A stretch of DNA of 64,000 nucleotides from an uncultured Oscillibacter sp. (GCF_947654275.1 NZ_CANTJS010000003.1:46835-110834), one strand, 5' to 3'. Positions 46,641 through 60,182 are shown, numbered from the stretch's first letter. Notes: a model not told the origin generated them from the sequence alone. Translations and numbers: made by a program.

Positions 46641-47281
46641 AGGTGAAAATCCGGGAGGCCATCGTGGTGGAAGGCCGCTATGACAAAAACACACTGGCCC
46701 AGACGGTGGACGCCCCCATCATCACCCTGGGGGGCTTCGGCGTGTTCAACGACCGGGAGAAGCTGGCCTTTCTCCGGCGGCTGGCGGAAAAGCGGGGGCT
46801 GATTGTCCTGACGGACAGCGACGGCGCGGGCTTCGTCATCCGGAACTACCTCAAGGGCGCTCTGCCCGGGGACCGGGTGAAGCAGGCCTATATTCCCGAC
46901 GTCCGGGGCAAAGAGCGCCGCAAGCGCCGCCCCGGACGGGAGGGCAAACTGGGCGTGGAGGGCATGAGTCCCGCGGTGCTGCTGGAGGTCCTCCGCCGGG
47001 CGGGCGCCACCTTCGAGGATGCCGGACCGGAAAAGATTTCCGGGGAGCAGGCCGCCGGAACGGCGGAAACAAAAAAAGCGGAAGCCAAAAAGTTGAGTAA
47101 GGCGGACCTGTTTGCCCTGGGGCTCAGCGGCGGAACGGGCAGCGCCGTCAGACGGCAGGCCCTGCTGAAGCGGCTGGAGCTGCCGGAGCATCTGAACGCC
47201 AACGGGCTTCTGGAGGCCCTGAACCTTCTCTACAGCCGGGAGGAGCTGGAAGCGGCGCTGGCGGAGCTGGAGGAAGCCTGA
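46637..47281 (+). CDS. Toprim + DUF4093 protein, ribonuclease M5-like
   Basis: IVVEGRYD, LTDSDGAG, C-terminal RRQALLKRLELP...LLEALN. Confidence 0.75.
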   Translation: MKVKIREAIVVEGRYDKNTLAQTVDAPIITLGGFGVFNDREKLAFLRRLAEKRGLIVLTDSDGAGFVIRNYLKGALPGDRVKQAYIPDVRGKERRKRRPGREGKLGVEGMSPAVLLEVLRRAGATFEDAGPEKISGEQAAGTAETKKAEAKKLSKADLFALGLSGGTGSAVRRQALLKRLELPEHLNANGLLEALNLLYSREELEAALAELEEA

Positions 47282-47378
47282 TTCCTTTCCGGCAGGGATT
47301 CGACAAATTTCGACAGAGTTTTCGGCGTCCGGGTGGTATGCTGACCGTATCTTGAGATACAAATGGGAGGCAGCCGGC

Positions 47379-47624
47379 ATGAAGAGACGTTTGGCAGGGG
47401 AATCCAGATGCAAAGACGCGGCACTGCGCTATTATCTGCTGACGGAGGAATCCGCCGCAGGCCCGCTCTACGGCGTTCAGGCGGAGCTGGGCGGGGAACA
47501 GGCGGCGGTCTCCGGCATCACGACGTCCCGCCAGCGGGTCCAGGGCCTTCTGGACGGGCTGATTCGGGGCCAGGTGACGCCTGTGGCCCTTCGGGATGTG
47601 GTGGACGACTGGCTGCTGGCCTGA
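47379..47624 (+). CDS. small hypothetical protein (DUF6514-like)
   Basis: 81 aa, GGGAGG RBS, C-terminal GQVTPVALRDVVDDWL. Confidence 0.65.
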   Translation: MKRRLAGESRCKDAALRYYLLTEESAAGPLYGVQAELGGEQAAVSGITTSRQRVQGLLDGLIRGQVTPVALRDVVDDWLLA

Positions 47625-47674
47625 GTGTACCGTCAACATTTACAAATTCTTCATAACTTTTCCTCCGTTACCCC

Positions 47675-47737
47675 TTTACAAACCGAAAAGACTGTACTAT
47701 GATAGCACTGTTAGCACTCCGGGACAACGAGTGCTAA
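47675..47737 (+). promoter_or_regulatory. groESL promoter and CIRCE element (HrcA site)
   Basis: TTTACA-N17-TATGAT, then TTAGCACTC-N9-GAGTGCTAA at 47711-47737. Confidence 0.96.
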
Positions 47738-47790
47738 CAGTGCGAATTGTTATTTCTTAAAAATTTTTATATTTTAAGGAGGAATTTCCC

Positions 47791-48075
47791 ATGAAACTCA
47801 CCCCGCTGGCAGATCGTGTCATCCTGAAGGTGGAAGAGGCGGAGGAGGTCACCAAGAGCGGCCTGATCCTCACCGGCTCCGCCAAGGAAAAGCCCGCCTG
47901 GGCGGAAGTCATTTCCGTGGGCCCCGGCGGCACTGTGGACGGCAAGGAGGTCACCATGACGGTGAAGCCCGGCGACAAGGTCATCACCAGCCAGTATGCC
48001 GGAACCAAGGTTACCCTGGAGGACGTGGAATACACCGTGGTGCGTCAGAACGACATTCTGGCCATCGTCGAGTAA
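47791..48075 (+). CDS. groES: co-chaperonin GroES
   Basis: LTPLADRVILK...TKSGLILTGSAKEKP. Confidence 0.99.
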   Translation: MKLTPLADRVILKVEEAEEVTKSGLILTGSAKEKPAWAEVISVGPGGTVDGKEVTMTVKPGDKVITSQYAGTKVTLEDVEYTVVRQNDILAIVE

Positions 48076-48079
48076 ACAT

Positions 48080-48350
48080 CAAGGGGGACTTCGCCGTTTG
48101 TTCGGCAGGCGGCGGGGTTCCAAGGGGCTTGCCCCTGGTTTCTCCGCTGAAGCGGAGAAATAAAATGAAATTATTTTCGCCGCGACATGTGCGTGGCGAA
48201 AATACCGAGACCCCAGCCGCCTGGGGCGGCGGCGCCAGTGACCGATGTCACTGGTGAGGGAGAATCTACAGCGCAGCCCTTGGCGGCTCTGCCGCTTAGG
48301 GATGCGGCGTCCCCTGAAACGGGGAAAGGGGGGATGAATCCCCTCTTTAA
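48080..48350. repeat. hairpin array between groES and groEL
   Basis: About 8 consecutive hairpins, including CCAAGGGGC-TT-GCCCCTGG, TTTCTCCGC-TGAA-GCGGAGAAA and CCAGTGAC-CGAT-GTCACTGG. Confidence 0.7.
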
Positions 48351-49997
<1,647 letters not shown>

Positions 49998-50013
49998 GCG
50001 CATATCAGCGACA

Positions 50014-50047
50014 CAAAGCCGCAGGCCCAAGGGCCTGCGGCTTTCTT
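50014..50047 (+). terminator. groEL terminator
   Basis: AAAGCCGCAGGCCC-AA-GGGCCTGCGGCTTTCTT. Confidence 0.88.
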
Positions 50048-50102
50048 GCGCCTCCGGGCGGCGGTTCTCTCCGAGAGCGGGCCGCCGGTATACTGAAAGC
50101 GG

Positions 50103-50489
50103 TCATTTCCTGCTGCTGATATAATTTTGAAGCCGTTCCAGCAGCATGGTCTTCATCATGTCCGAGTTGCAGGTCTCAATCAGGGCCCGGAAGTCCTCTG
50201 CCGCCTCAGGCTTGAAAACGCTTTCGATGCTGTGCAGAATGGTCCATTCAATTCCCGCCATGTGATCTGTGGGACAGCATTTTATCAGAATCTCCGCCTC
50301 CTCCCATGTAACCGGCCGGGTGATGGAGTCTGCCGCGTCCTGATAGTCCTCCCACAAATTGAGGATTTCATCAGGAGGAAAGCCCTCGTCTCCGGGAAAA
50401 GCATCGCATTCAAAGCCCTCTGGCGGCGCGCCTAATGTTTGTATTTTCAGAACGGGTTCCTGCATCCCGAATCCCTCCCATGCTTTCAT
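50103..50489 (-). CDS. hypothetical protein, possibly an orphan immunity-type protein
   Basis: All-helical-looking, PVTWEEAEILIKCCP...WTILHSIES; own promoter TTGACT-N17-TATAGT. The start could be the later ATG (MQEP). Confidence 0.6.
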   Translation of the reverse strand: MKAWEGFGMQEPVLKIQTLGAPPEGFECDAFPGDEGFPPDEILNLWEDYQDAADSITRPVTWEEAEILIKCCPTDHMAGIEWTILHSIESVFKPEAAEDFRALIETCNSDMMKTMLLERLQNYISSRK

Positions 50490-50659
50490 CCGATGATGTT
50501 TCTGACGGCGTCAACTATACCACGGGGCCCGGGGGAAGTCAATCCGTTTCACCGGCCGGCTCCGGCGGGACATTCCCCGCTTGAAACTTCCCCTTGCAAT
50601 CCCTCCGCCGGTCTTGTATAATAAAGTGTCATTTTATTGAACAGTGGGAGGACGCTGCT

Positions 50660-52348
50660 ATGGCAGACGAAATCAGAGCGCCGGAAACCGAGAGCCGGAA
50701 CTTTATCCATGCTTTCATTGACGAGGACATCGCCCCCGGCGGGCAGTTCGAGGGCATGACCGTTCACACCCGCTTCCCCCCCGAGCCCAACGGCTATCTC
50801 CACATCGGCCACTGCAAGGCCCTGACCATCGACTTCGGCACCGCCGAAAAATACGGCGGTCTCTGCAACCTCCGGATGGACGACACCAACCCCACCAAGG
50901 AGGACGAGGAGTTTGTGGAGGCCATCAAGGAGGACATCCATTGGCTGGGCTTCGACTGGGGGGACCGCTTCTTCTACGGGTCCGATTATTTTGAGGAGGA
51001 TTACCGCCAGGCGGAGGGCCTGATTAAAAAGGGCCTGGCCTACGTCTGCCAGCTGACGCCGGAGGAATTCAAGGAATACCGGGGCGGCATCGGCGTTCCT
51101 GCCCGGAGCCCCTACCGGGACCGGCCCATTGAGGAGAGCCTGGACCTGTTCCGGCGGATGCGGGCCGGGGAGTTTGCCGACGGAACCATGACCCTCCGGG
51201 CGAAAATTGACCTGGCCAGCGGCAATTTCAACATGCGGGACCCGGTGCTCTACCGGATTAACCATCTGCCCCACCACCGCCACGGAACGAAGTGGTGCAT
51301 TTACCCCATGTATGACTTCGCCCACCCCATTCAGGATGCTCTGGAGGGAGTAACCCACAGTCTCTGCTCCCTGGAATTTGAGGCCCACCGGCCCCTTTAC
51401 GACTGGGTGATTCAGAACTGTGAGCTGCCTGCCAGACCCCGCCAGATTGAGTTCGCGCGGCTGGGAATCGACCACACCGTGATGAGCAAGCGCAAGCTTC
51501 GCCGCCTGGTGGAGGAGGGCCGGGTCTCCGGCTGGGACGATCCCCGGATGCCAACCCTCTGCGGTCTCCGCCGCCGGGGCTACACGCCCCGGTCCATCCG
51601 GAACTTCTGCGAGCGCATCGGCGTGGCCAAGTCCGCCAACGTGGTGGAATACGGATTTTTGGAGCACTGCCTGCGGGAGGACCTGAACGCCTCGGCGGAA
51701 CGGGTCATGGCCGTTTTGCAGCCTGTGAGGCTGACGGTTACCAACTATCCCGAGGGGAAGACGGAGACCGTCACGGTGGAGAACAACCCGGTGGACCCCG
51801 CCGCCGGCACCCGGGAAGTCAGCTTTTCCCGGACCCTCTGGGTGGAGGCCAGCGACTTTCTGGAGACTCCGGTGCCCAAGTATAAGCGGCTCTATCCCGG
51901 CGGCCCGGAGTGCCGCCTGAAGGGAGCCTATCTCATCCGCTGCACCGGCTGCGTGAAGGATGAGGCGGGGAATGTGATGGAGATCCTCTGTGAGTACGAC
52001 CCGGACAGCCGGGGCGGCGACCCTGCCGACGGCCGGAAGGTGAAGGGGGCCACCATCCACTGGGTCAACGCCGCCGACGCGGCGGACGCAGAGGTGCGCC
52101 TGTATGACAATCTTTTTTCCGACGAGAACCCCGACGCCGCCGACAAGGATTTCCTGGAGTGCCTGAACCCACGTTCTCTGGAGATTCTCACCGGCTGCAA
52201 GGTGGAGGCCTCTCTGGCGGAGGCGAAGGCCCCGGCCAATTTCCAGTTTCTGCGGCAGGGCTATTTCTGCCTGGACAGCCGGGACAGCGCCCCGGGACAC
52301 CTGGTGTTCAACCGCAGCGTCAGCCTGAAGGACAGCTTCAAGAAATAA
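50660..52348 (+). CDS. glnS: glutamine--tRNA ligase
   Basis: RFPPEPNGYLHIGH, MSKRKL, FQFLRQGYF; promoter TTGCAA-N17-TATAAT. Confidence 0.97.
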   Translation: MADEIRAPETESRNFIHAFIDEDIAPGGQFEGMTVHTRFPPEPNGYLHIGHCKALTIDFGTAEKYGGLCNLRMDDTNPTKEDEEFVEAIKEDIHWLGFDWGDRFFYGSDYFEEDYRQAEGLIKKGLAYVCQLTPEEFKEYRGGIGVPARSPYRDRPIEESLDLFRRMRAGEFADGTMTLRAKIDLASGNFNMRDPVLYRINHLPHHRHGTKWCIYPMYDFAHPIQDALEGVTHSLCSLEFEAHRPLYDWVIQNCELPARPRQIEFARLGIDHTVMSKRKLRRLVEEGRVSGWDDPRMPTLCGLRRRGYTPRSIRNFCERIGVAKSANVVEYGFLEHCLREDLNASAERVMAVLQPVRLTVTNYPEGKTETVTVENNPVDPAAGTREVSFSRTLWVEASDFLETPVPKYKRLYPGGPECRLKGAYLIRCTGCVKDEAGNVMEILCEYDPDSRGGDPADGRKVKGATIHWVNAADAADAEVRLYDNLFSDENPDAADKDFLECLNPRSLEILTGCKVEASLAEAKAPANFQFLRQGYFCLDSRDSAPGHLVFNRSVSLKDSFKK

Positions 52349-52360
52349 GTCCGGATATTG

Positions 52361-52396
52361 AGGAACCGCCGGAGGGCTTGGCCCTCCGGCGGTTTT
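52361..52396. terminator. terminator
   Basis: AACCGCCGGAGGGC-TTG-GCCCTCCGGCGGTTTT. Confidence 0.88.
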
Positions 52397-52399
52397 CGC

Positions 52400-52966
52400 T
52401 TAATCCGTGACGGTGGTGGTAACGACGCTGGTGTAGCTTTCCGCGGCAGCGGAGCTCTCCGCGGCCACGTGATACTCCGTGTCCCCATCCCTGGAAGACA
52501 GCTGAACTTCGCAGTCCTCCAGGGTGCCGGTGACAGTGACGTCCACATCCCGGCCGTCGGCGGTTTTCACGGTGGAGTTGTACGCGCCGTGTTCCTCAAT
52601 CTCCTGGGTGATGTCGGTTTCCGTGCCGTCCACCGTCAGCATCAGCTTTCCGTCCCGGAGCTCCGCGTCCGCGAAGACGCCGGAGACCAGCACCTGATTT
52701 CCCTGATTGTCCTCCAGCATGAGCTGAGAGTCGTTCTGCCAGACGATGCGCAGGTTCTCAAACAGCGCGCCGTTGCTGGCGGCGTTGGCGGTGACCGCCA
52801 GGGCCACGGTGAGCATGGCGGCGATGGCCGCGGCTCTCAGGGCCCTCAGGGGCCGGCGGGTCTTCTTTTCATTCATGTCAGCAGTACGCATGATAACCTC
52901 CTGTTTTGCCTCGTCGGAGGCCCGGAGCCGGGAAAATGTCTCACGGTAAAGTTTCTCGTCAATCAT
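52400..52966 (-). CDS. putative anti-sigma factor (single TM)
   Basis: TM AAAIAAMLTVALAVTA; overlaps the ECF sigma stop. Confidence 0.7.
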   Translation of the reverse strand: MIDEKLYRETFSRLRASDEAKQEVIMRTADMNEKKTRRPLRALRAAAIAAMLTVALAVTANAASNGALFENLRIVWQNDSQLMLEDNQGNQVLVSGVFADAELRDGKLMLTVDGTETDITQEIEEHGAYNSTVKTADGRDVDVTVTGTLEDCEVQLSSRDGDTEYHVAAESSAAAESYTSVVTTTVTD

Positions 52967-53441
52967 AGGCTTCTGCCTCCTTCAGTTTTGTTTGCAGCTG
53001 TCCCCGGGCCCGCATCAGCCAGGTCTGAACGGTGGACGTGTTGGTCCCCAGCAGAGCGGCAGTCTCCTTGACGGGGTGGCCCTCGTAATAGTGGAGATAT
53101 ACCGCCGCCCGGTATTTGGGGGGCAGAGACATCACCTGCCGGAACAGCTCTGTCTGGGCGGGGCGGTCAAAGACCGCCGTCTCCCCCGCCTCCTCCAGAG
53201 GGCCGGTCCGCCTCCTCCAGGGGGAGCGGAGCAGCCGCCTGCATTCGTTCACGGCCACCCGGAGCAGCCAGTGCTTTTCATGGTCCGGGGTCTCAAAGGT
53301 TCTGGCTTCGGTATAGAGCTTCAGCAGGGCTTCCTGCATCACGTCCTCCGCGTCGGCCCGGTTTTTCAGATAACTGTATGCCAGCCGGAACACCGTGTCG
53401 GCATAGCGCTCCACCGCCGCCTGAAATGCCTGATCCGTCAC
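52959..53441 (-). CDS. ECF sigma-70 family factor
   Basis: DAEDVMQE, WLLRVAVNEC, LPPKYR...LHYYEG...TWLMRAR. Confidence 0.93.
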   Translation of the reverse strand: MTDQAFQAAVERYADTVFRLAYSYLKNRADAEDVMQEALLKLYTEARTFETPDHEKHWLLRVAVNECRRLLRSPWRRRTGPLEEAGETAVFDRPAQTELFRQVMSLPPKYRAAVYLHYYEGHPVKETAALLGTNTSTVQTWLMRARGQLQTKLKEAEAYD

Positions 53442-53562
53442 ACGCGCTTCACCTCGCTTGTTTTGGGCTTGGGTTGAAAGGCCTTTCTACAGGGAATATC
53501 CATCAGCGGGGCAAAAAATCTCAGCATCCTGAAAATTTGGGAAAAATTTTTCCGGCCATGTT

Positions 53563-53597
53563 TCAAAAAAGGAGCCCCTGAGGGCTCCTTTTTTGAA
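53563..53597. terminator. terminator
   Basis: TTCAAAAAAGGAGCCC-CTGA-GGGCTCCTTTTTTGAA. Confidence 0.85.
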
Positions 53598-53607
53598 ACA
53601 TGGCCGC

Positions 53608-54417
53608 CTATCCCCAGAACTCCGGAAACAGCAGCTCGCTGCCGATTTTCACCGTCAGCAGAAGCAGCACAATGATGACGGTGGGCCGGACGATTCTGCT
53701 GCCGTTTTTAATAGCCAGCCCGGACCCCAGGTAGTGCCCGGCGATGGAGGCCACAGAGGCGGTGAGGCCCACCCCCAGAAACACATAGCCCGTTTTCAGC
53801 TGGACCGCCAGACTGCCCAGGTTGGAGGCCAGATTGATGACCTTCACGCCGCCGGCGGCGTGGCGGGTGTCCAGCCTGGCGGCCCGGATGAAGAGAATCA
53901 TCAGGAAGGTCCCGGTGCCGGGGCCGTAATACCCATCGTAGCCGCCGATGAAAAAGGCGGCGGACCAAACGATGAGCTTCTGCCGGACGGGGTCGATGTC
54001 CCCCGGCTCGTCTGGCCAGTCGTGATTCCGGAGGGTGAGGAAGGCCACCGCCGGCAGGACCAGGAGCAGCATGTATTTCAGCACCGCGTCCGGCGTCCGG
54101 TGCTGGAGCCAGGTCCCCGCCGTGGACCCCGCCAGGGAAAAGGCGATGGAGGGACCGAAGAGGGGCCAGCTGACATAGCCGTTTTTGATGAACCGGGCGG
54201 TGGAGAACAGGGTGCCCAGACAGGCGGAAACCTTGTTGGTGCCCAGGGCGTAGGACGCCGGGAGATCACCGAAGGCAATCAGGTGAGTGGGGGCGGAGAT
54301 GACGCCGCCGCCCCCGGCAATGGCGTCCATGAAGGACGCCAGAAACACCCCCAGGCAAATCAGCAGCACAACCCACAGAGGGAAGCCGTCCAGGGCGGCG
54401 GATGTGAGAAATTCCAT
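53608..54417 (-). CDS. TSUP (TauE/SafE) family transporter
   Basis: DAIAGGGG, GTNK, GGYDGYYGPGTG. Confidence 0.9.
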   Translation of the reverse strand: MEFLTSAALDGFPLWVVLLICLGVFLASFMDAIAGGGGVISAPTHLIAFGDLPASYALGTNKVSACLGTLFSTARFIKNGYVSWPLFGPSIAFSLAGSTAGTWLQHRTPDAVLKYMLLLVLPAVAFLTLRNHDWPDEPGDIDPVRQKLIVWSAAFFIGGYDGYYGPGTGTFLMILFIRAARLDTRHAAGGVKVINLASNLGSLAVQLKTGYVFLGVGLTASVASIAGHYLGSGLAIKNGSRIVRPTVIIVLLLLTVKIGSELLFPEFWG

Positions 54418-54632
54418 GCGCGGTCCTCCCGGTTTTAAAATCTTTGAACAATGGGGGACGGCGTCCCCTAAGAGCCTGTTTAAAATCCGGCGGAGTGCCG
54501 GATTGGGGCAGATTTTTTTGTCGGGCAAGGCGGTTTGACGCAGGAATCCTGGCAGATTTCAAGTCAAACCAACGCAGCATCGGCGGAAAAAGATGCCCAG
54601 AGACGGCGTTTCGATGGATTTTAATCAGGCTC

Positions 54633-54953
54633 TTAGAGCCGCATCTGAAGGTCAAACAGCCGCTTGTTCAGCTCGTTCAGCGACTCCTGCGTCCTTCGCG
54701 CGCTGTAGTTTCTGTCCTCGATTTCCCACAGGCTCTGTTCGAAGGCGTCGAGATTTCTTGCAAGGTTCGCTTTCTTCCGGGCGTCCTTCCGCAGCTTGCG
54801 ATACTCGGAAGCATTGCGCCGCAGGCCGTGTTTTCTGAGATACTGTTCCAGCTCTATGATTTTTGGCCACCGCTTTCCGTCTCTCCGGTAGCCCTTGAAG
54901 TCAAGCATGTAAATGACGAGGTAAATCAGGACGGCTAAAATCAGATATTGCAT
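54633..54953 (-). CDS. hypothetical protein with an N-terminal TM and a basic coiled coil
   Basis: MQYLILAVLIYLVIYML...; AAGGAG RBS; promoter TTGACA-N17-CATAAT. Confidence 0.65.
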   Translation of the reverse strand: MQYLILAVLIYLVIYMLDFKGYRRDGKRWPKIIELEQYLRKHGLRRNASEYRKLRKDARKKANLARNLDAFEQSLWEIEDRNYSARRTQESLNELNKRLFDLQMRL

Positions 54954-55499
54954 AACGCTGTCTCCTTTTCCACTGTTCTTTTGCGGCGGCTTCTCCAAAG
55001 CCTGTCCGCCGCCTTTGTGGGCATCATTATGGACGGAATCGCGGACGCTGTCAAGTGCCTCTTTCCTGGTCCCTCTTCCGCGAATTTAAGAAAAGAGCGG
55101 TATGATCTCAGAAAATCGTTTACCTTTGCCGGCAGATTTGAAAATAGAAATGAGGAATATTTTTAGACCTAAGGGCTCATTTTGTTGGAAATGGACAAAA
55201 AACCGTCTATTTGCTGTTGAATTTGGAGGATTGCACTAAAACTGCCCTCGTTTTTTCGACAGGTCCATCCTTGACGGTATTTTCAGGAAGAAGTATAATG
55301 ATAAAGAATAATTTGGAAGGAATGACAAAAAGCCTGCCGCGCCGCAGGGGCGCGGGGCGGAAAACAGCGCCGGGGAGGGCGCTGGAAATTGGCGGGCCGC
55401 TCGCCGCAAAAGCGGCGCGGCGCGGACAGATGGATTTCGGCGGGACGGCCCTCCGTTTCCCGGTTCTTCTGCCGGCCGGCTCTGCACGGAGGTTGACTT

Positions 55500-57788
55500 A
55501 TGGCAAAAAACAATCCCACTGAACGGTTCCATTCCGGCGCTCTGACGGACGGCTGGCGGTACTTCGGCGCGCACCCCACGGAAAAGCGCGGCGTGAAGGG
55601 CTGGGGCTTCCGGGTCTGGGCGCCCCATGCCCAGATGGTATCTGTGGTCGGAGACTTCAACAACTGGAAGACCGGGGAACACCGCCTGGTCCGCAAGGGC
55701 GAGATCTGGGAGGGATTTATCCCCGGTTTGACGGAATACGCGGCCTATAAATATGCCGTGACCGGCGTGGACGGGGAGACCCGCCTGAAGGCGGACCCCT
55801 ATGGCTTCCACAGCGAAACACGTCCGGACACCGCCAGCAAGCTCTATGATATCCAGGGCTTCAAGTGGACGGACGCGGCTTTTCAGGCCAAACAGGCCAA
55901 GCACCAGGTCTATGATTCCCCGCTGAATATCTACGAGGTCCATCTGGGCTCCTGGAAGAAGCGGGAAAACGGCGATTTCTACGATTACAAGGACCTTGCC
56001 GTGGAGCTGGGCGCCTATGTCAAAGAGATGGGCTATACCGCCATCGAGCTGATGCCGGTGCTGGAGCATCCCTTTGACGGGTCCTGGGGCTATCAGGCCA
56101 CCGGCTGGTTCGCTCCCACGTCCCGGTACGGCACGCCCAAGGACTTCATGTGGTTCGTGAACCACATGCACAAAAACGGCATCGCCGTGATTCTGGACTG
56201 GGTGCCCTCTCATTTCTGCAAGGACGCCCACGGTCTCTATCAGTTTGACGGCGGCTGCTGCTATGAGTACAGCGACCCCAACAAATGGGAGCACGCCTCC
56301 TGGGGCACCCGGGTCTTTGACTACGGCCGCCCCGAGGTGAAGAGCTTCCTGTTCTCCTCCGCCCGGTTCTGGCTGGAGGAGTGCCACATCGACGGACTCC
56401 GGGTGGACGCCGTGGCCTCCATGCTCTATCTGGACTATGACCGCCAGGGCGGCGCGTGGAGCCCCAACAAATACGGCGGACACGAGAATCTGGAGGCCAT
56501 CGACTTCCTCCGGGAGCTCAACACCATTGCCTTCGGCGTGAAGCCCGGCGTGATGATGATTGCCGAGGAATCCACCGCCTGGCCCATGGTCAGCCGTCCC
56601 GCCGACGTCGGCGGTCTGGGCTTCAACCTCAAGTGGAATATGGGCTGGATGAACGACATGTGCCACTACCTGAAGCTGGACCCCTTCTTCCGCCAGCACC
56701 ATCATAAGGACATCACCTTCTCCATGATGTACGCCTTTTCGGAGAATTTTGTGCTGCCCATCTCCCACGACGAGGTGGTCCACATGAAGGGCTCCGTGGT
56801 GGGCAAGATGCCGGGAGACTATGAAAATCAGCTCCGCTGCACTCGGGGCTTCTACGCCTACCTTCTGGCCCACCCCGGCAAGAAGCTGCTCTTCATGGGC
56901 GCGGAGCTGGGCCAGTGGCACGAGTGGAACGACAAGGAGCAGCTGGACTGGTATCTGCTGGAGAACGACTCCAATCAGAAGCTCCACCGCTTCTTCAAGG
57001 ATGCCAACGCCTTCTACAAAAAGGAACCCGCCCTCTGGGAGGTGGATTTCAGCTGGGAGGGCTTTGAGTGGCTGGTGGTGGACGACAACCACAACAACGT
57101 GGTGGTCTTCCTGCGGAAAGATAAAAAGGGCCGGGATATCCTCTGCGCGGTGAACTTCTCCCCCAATACTTACGAGGGTTACCGCCTGGGCGTTCCCGCC
57201 CACCGCCAGTACCGCCCGATTTTCAATACCGACGCGGCGGTCTACGGCGGCGACGGCTTCGGTGATGAGGAGCCCGTGACGGTGGAGGCAGTGGAGTCCC
57301 ACGGCAGGGATCAGTCCGTCGCCATTAAGATTCCCGCCTTCGGCGCGGTGTTCCTCCGGGGTGAGGGAACCCTTCCCAAGCCCAGAAAATCGAAAAAGGC
57401 CGCGGAGACCGAAGCGGAGGAGAGCGAGACGGCCAAGGCGTCCGTAGGCCAAAAGGCGGCCCAGGTCCTGAAATCCATCCGGAGCCCCAAGGCCGCCAGG
57501 GCCGGGGAGACTGAAAAGGTCGAGAAGGTCGAAAAGGTCGAAAAGGTCGAGAAAGCCGGGGAGAGCAGGGACGCCGGAGAGGCCGGGCCCGCCAAAAGAA
57601 GGGGCCGGAAGCCCAAGGCGGAACAGGAATCCCCCCTGGAGCAGAGCACGTCGGCCGTGAAAAAAAGAGGAAGGAAACCCAAGGCAGAGAAGAAGGAAGA
57701 GGAAGGGAAGGAAGGCGCGAGAGAGAAGGAGAGCGCGCGAGAAAAGGAGAGTCCCAAGGCGATCAAGTCCAGAGTGAAAAAAAGCTGA
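55500..57788 (+). CDS. glgB: 1,4-alpha-glucan branching enzyme with a charged C-terminal tail
   Basis: [45 protein letters not shown]; promoter TTGACG-N17-TATAAT at 55271-55299. Confidence 0.97.
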   Translation: MAKNNPTERFHSGALTDGWRYFGAHPTEKRGVKGWGFRVWAPHAQMVSVVGDFNNWKTGEHRLVRKGEIWEGFIPGLTEYAAYKYAVTGVDGETRLKADPYGFHSETRPDTASKLYDIQGFKWTDAAFQAKQAKHQVYDSPLNIYEVHLGSWKKRENGDFYDYKDLAVELGAYVKEMGYTAIELMPVLEHPFDGSWGYQATGWFAPTSRYGTPKDFMWFVNHMHKNGIAVILDWVPSHFCKDAHGLYQFDGGCCYEYSDPNKWEHASWGTRVFDYGRPEVKSFLFSSARFWLEECHIDGLRVDAVASMLYLDYDRQGGAWSPNKYGGHENLEAIDFLRELNTIAFGVKPGVMMIAEESTAWPMVSRPADVGGLGFNLKWNMGWMNDMCHYLKLDPFFRQHHHKDITFSMMYAFSENFVLPISHDEVVHMKGSVVGKMPGDYENQLRCTRGFYAYLLAHPGKKLLFMGAELGQWHEWNDKEQLDWYLLENDSNQKLHRFFKDANAFYKKEPALWEVDFSWEGFEWLVVDDNHNNVVVFLRKDKKGRDILCAVNFSPNTYEGYRLGVPAHRQYRPIFNTDAAVYGGDGFGDEEPVTVEAVESHGRDQSVAIKIPAFGAVFLRGEGTLPKPRKSKKAAETEAEESETAKASVGQKAAQVLKSIRSPKAARAGETEKVEKVEKVEKVEKAGESRDAGEAGPAKRRGRKPKAEQESPLEQSTSAVKKRGRKPKAEKKEEEGKEGAREKESAREKESPKAIKSRVKKS

Positions 57789-57831
57789 AGCGAACAGATC
57801 GAGGCGAAAAAACAGTCAAAGGAGCGAAAAC

Positions 57832-59033
<1,202 letters not shown>

Positions 59034-59037
<4 letters not shown>

Positions 59038-60146
59038 AAGGACTGCATGGAATCATTTTCGCCTATGAGCGCCGCGGGGACCTTCAGGAGCTGGGCTCCA
59101 TCCGCTCCTCCGCCTCCATCCCCTTCGGCGGGCGGTTCCGGGCGGTGGACTTCGCCCTGTCCAACCTGGTGAACGCCGGGGCCACCGACGTGGGCATCAT
59201 TCTCCATGGGCATTATCAGAGCCTGCTGGACCATCTGGGCACCGGCAAGGACTGGGATCTCTCCCGCAAGCGCGGCGGCCTGCGGCTGCTGCCCCCCTTC
59301 AACTACAGAGGCGACTGGGGCGCTATGCCCTATCGGGGCCATATCGAGGCCATGACCGCGGTGCGCAGCTATCTGGAGGGCATCCGCCAGGACTATGTGG
59401 TGATGATGGACGGCGACCTGGTGGCGAACCTGCCCGTACAGGAGATTTATGAGAGCCACGTGAAGTCCGGTGCGGACATCACGGTGGTCTGCGCCAACGA
59501 CAGCTTCATGACCGAGGACGGGACCTATTTCCAGGTGGGCGAGGGCGGCCGGATTACGGAGGTCTTCATCCATCCCCATACCCCCAGGGGCCTCCGGGGC
59601 CTGGGCACCTACATCGTGTCCAAGAAGCTGCTGCTGGAGCTGGTGGACGACTGCGCCGCCAAGGATCAGATCAGCTGGCGCGCCGACGTGCTCCAGGCCC
59701 GGCGGGACACGCTGAAGATTCAGAGCTACATCTGGAAGGGCTATGCCGCGCAGATCCGCTCCGTGCAGGAGTATTATGACCGCAGCATGCAGCTGCTGGA
59801 CCCCGCCATCCGTGCGGACCTCTTCAACGCCCGCCGGCCCATCCGGGCCAAGAACGCCGACCTCAGCTCCACCTATGTGGGCGCGGACGGACGGTGCGTT
59901 AACTCCCTGTTCGGAGACGGCTGCTCCATCGAGGGCGTGGTGGAGAATTCCATCCTCTTCCCCGGCGTGACGGTGGAGAGCGGCGCGGTGGTGCGCAACT
60001 GCGTGATTTTCAAGGAATGCGTCATCCGCAAGGATGCTCAGCTGAGCTATATCATTGCCGACAAGGACGTGGAGGTCCTGGAGGGACGCACCTTAATGGG
60101 CCATGCCACCTATCCCATCGTCCTCTCCAAGGGCAGTAAGGTGTAA
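59034..60146 (+). CDS. glgD: glucose-1-phosphate adenylyltransferase subunit GlgD
   Basis: [27 protein letters not shown]; overlaps the glgC stop. Confidence 0.93.
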
Positions 60147-60151
60147 TTTCA

Positions 60152-60182
60152 ATAAAAGGGGGGCGGCCTCGTCCCCCTTTTC
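60152..60182 (+). terminator. terminator after glgD
   Basis: AAAAGGGGGGCGG-CCT-CGTCCCCCTTTTCT; followed by a new promoter TTGACC-N17-TATAAT. Confidence 0.7.

Noticed and set aside
50590-50659. T-box leader for glnS
   Set aside because: The leader is only about 30 nt and has no T-box motif.
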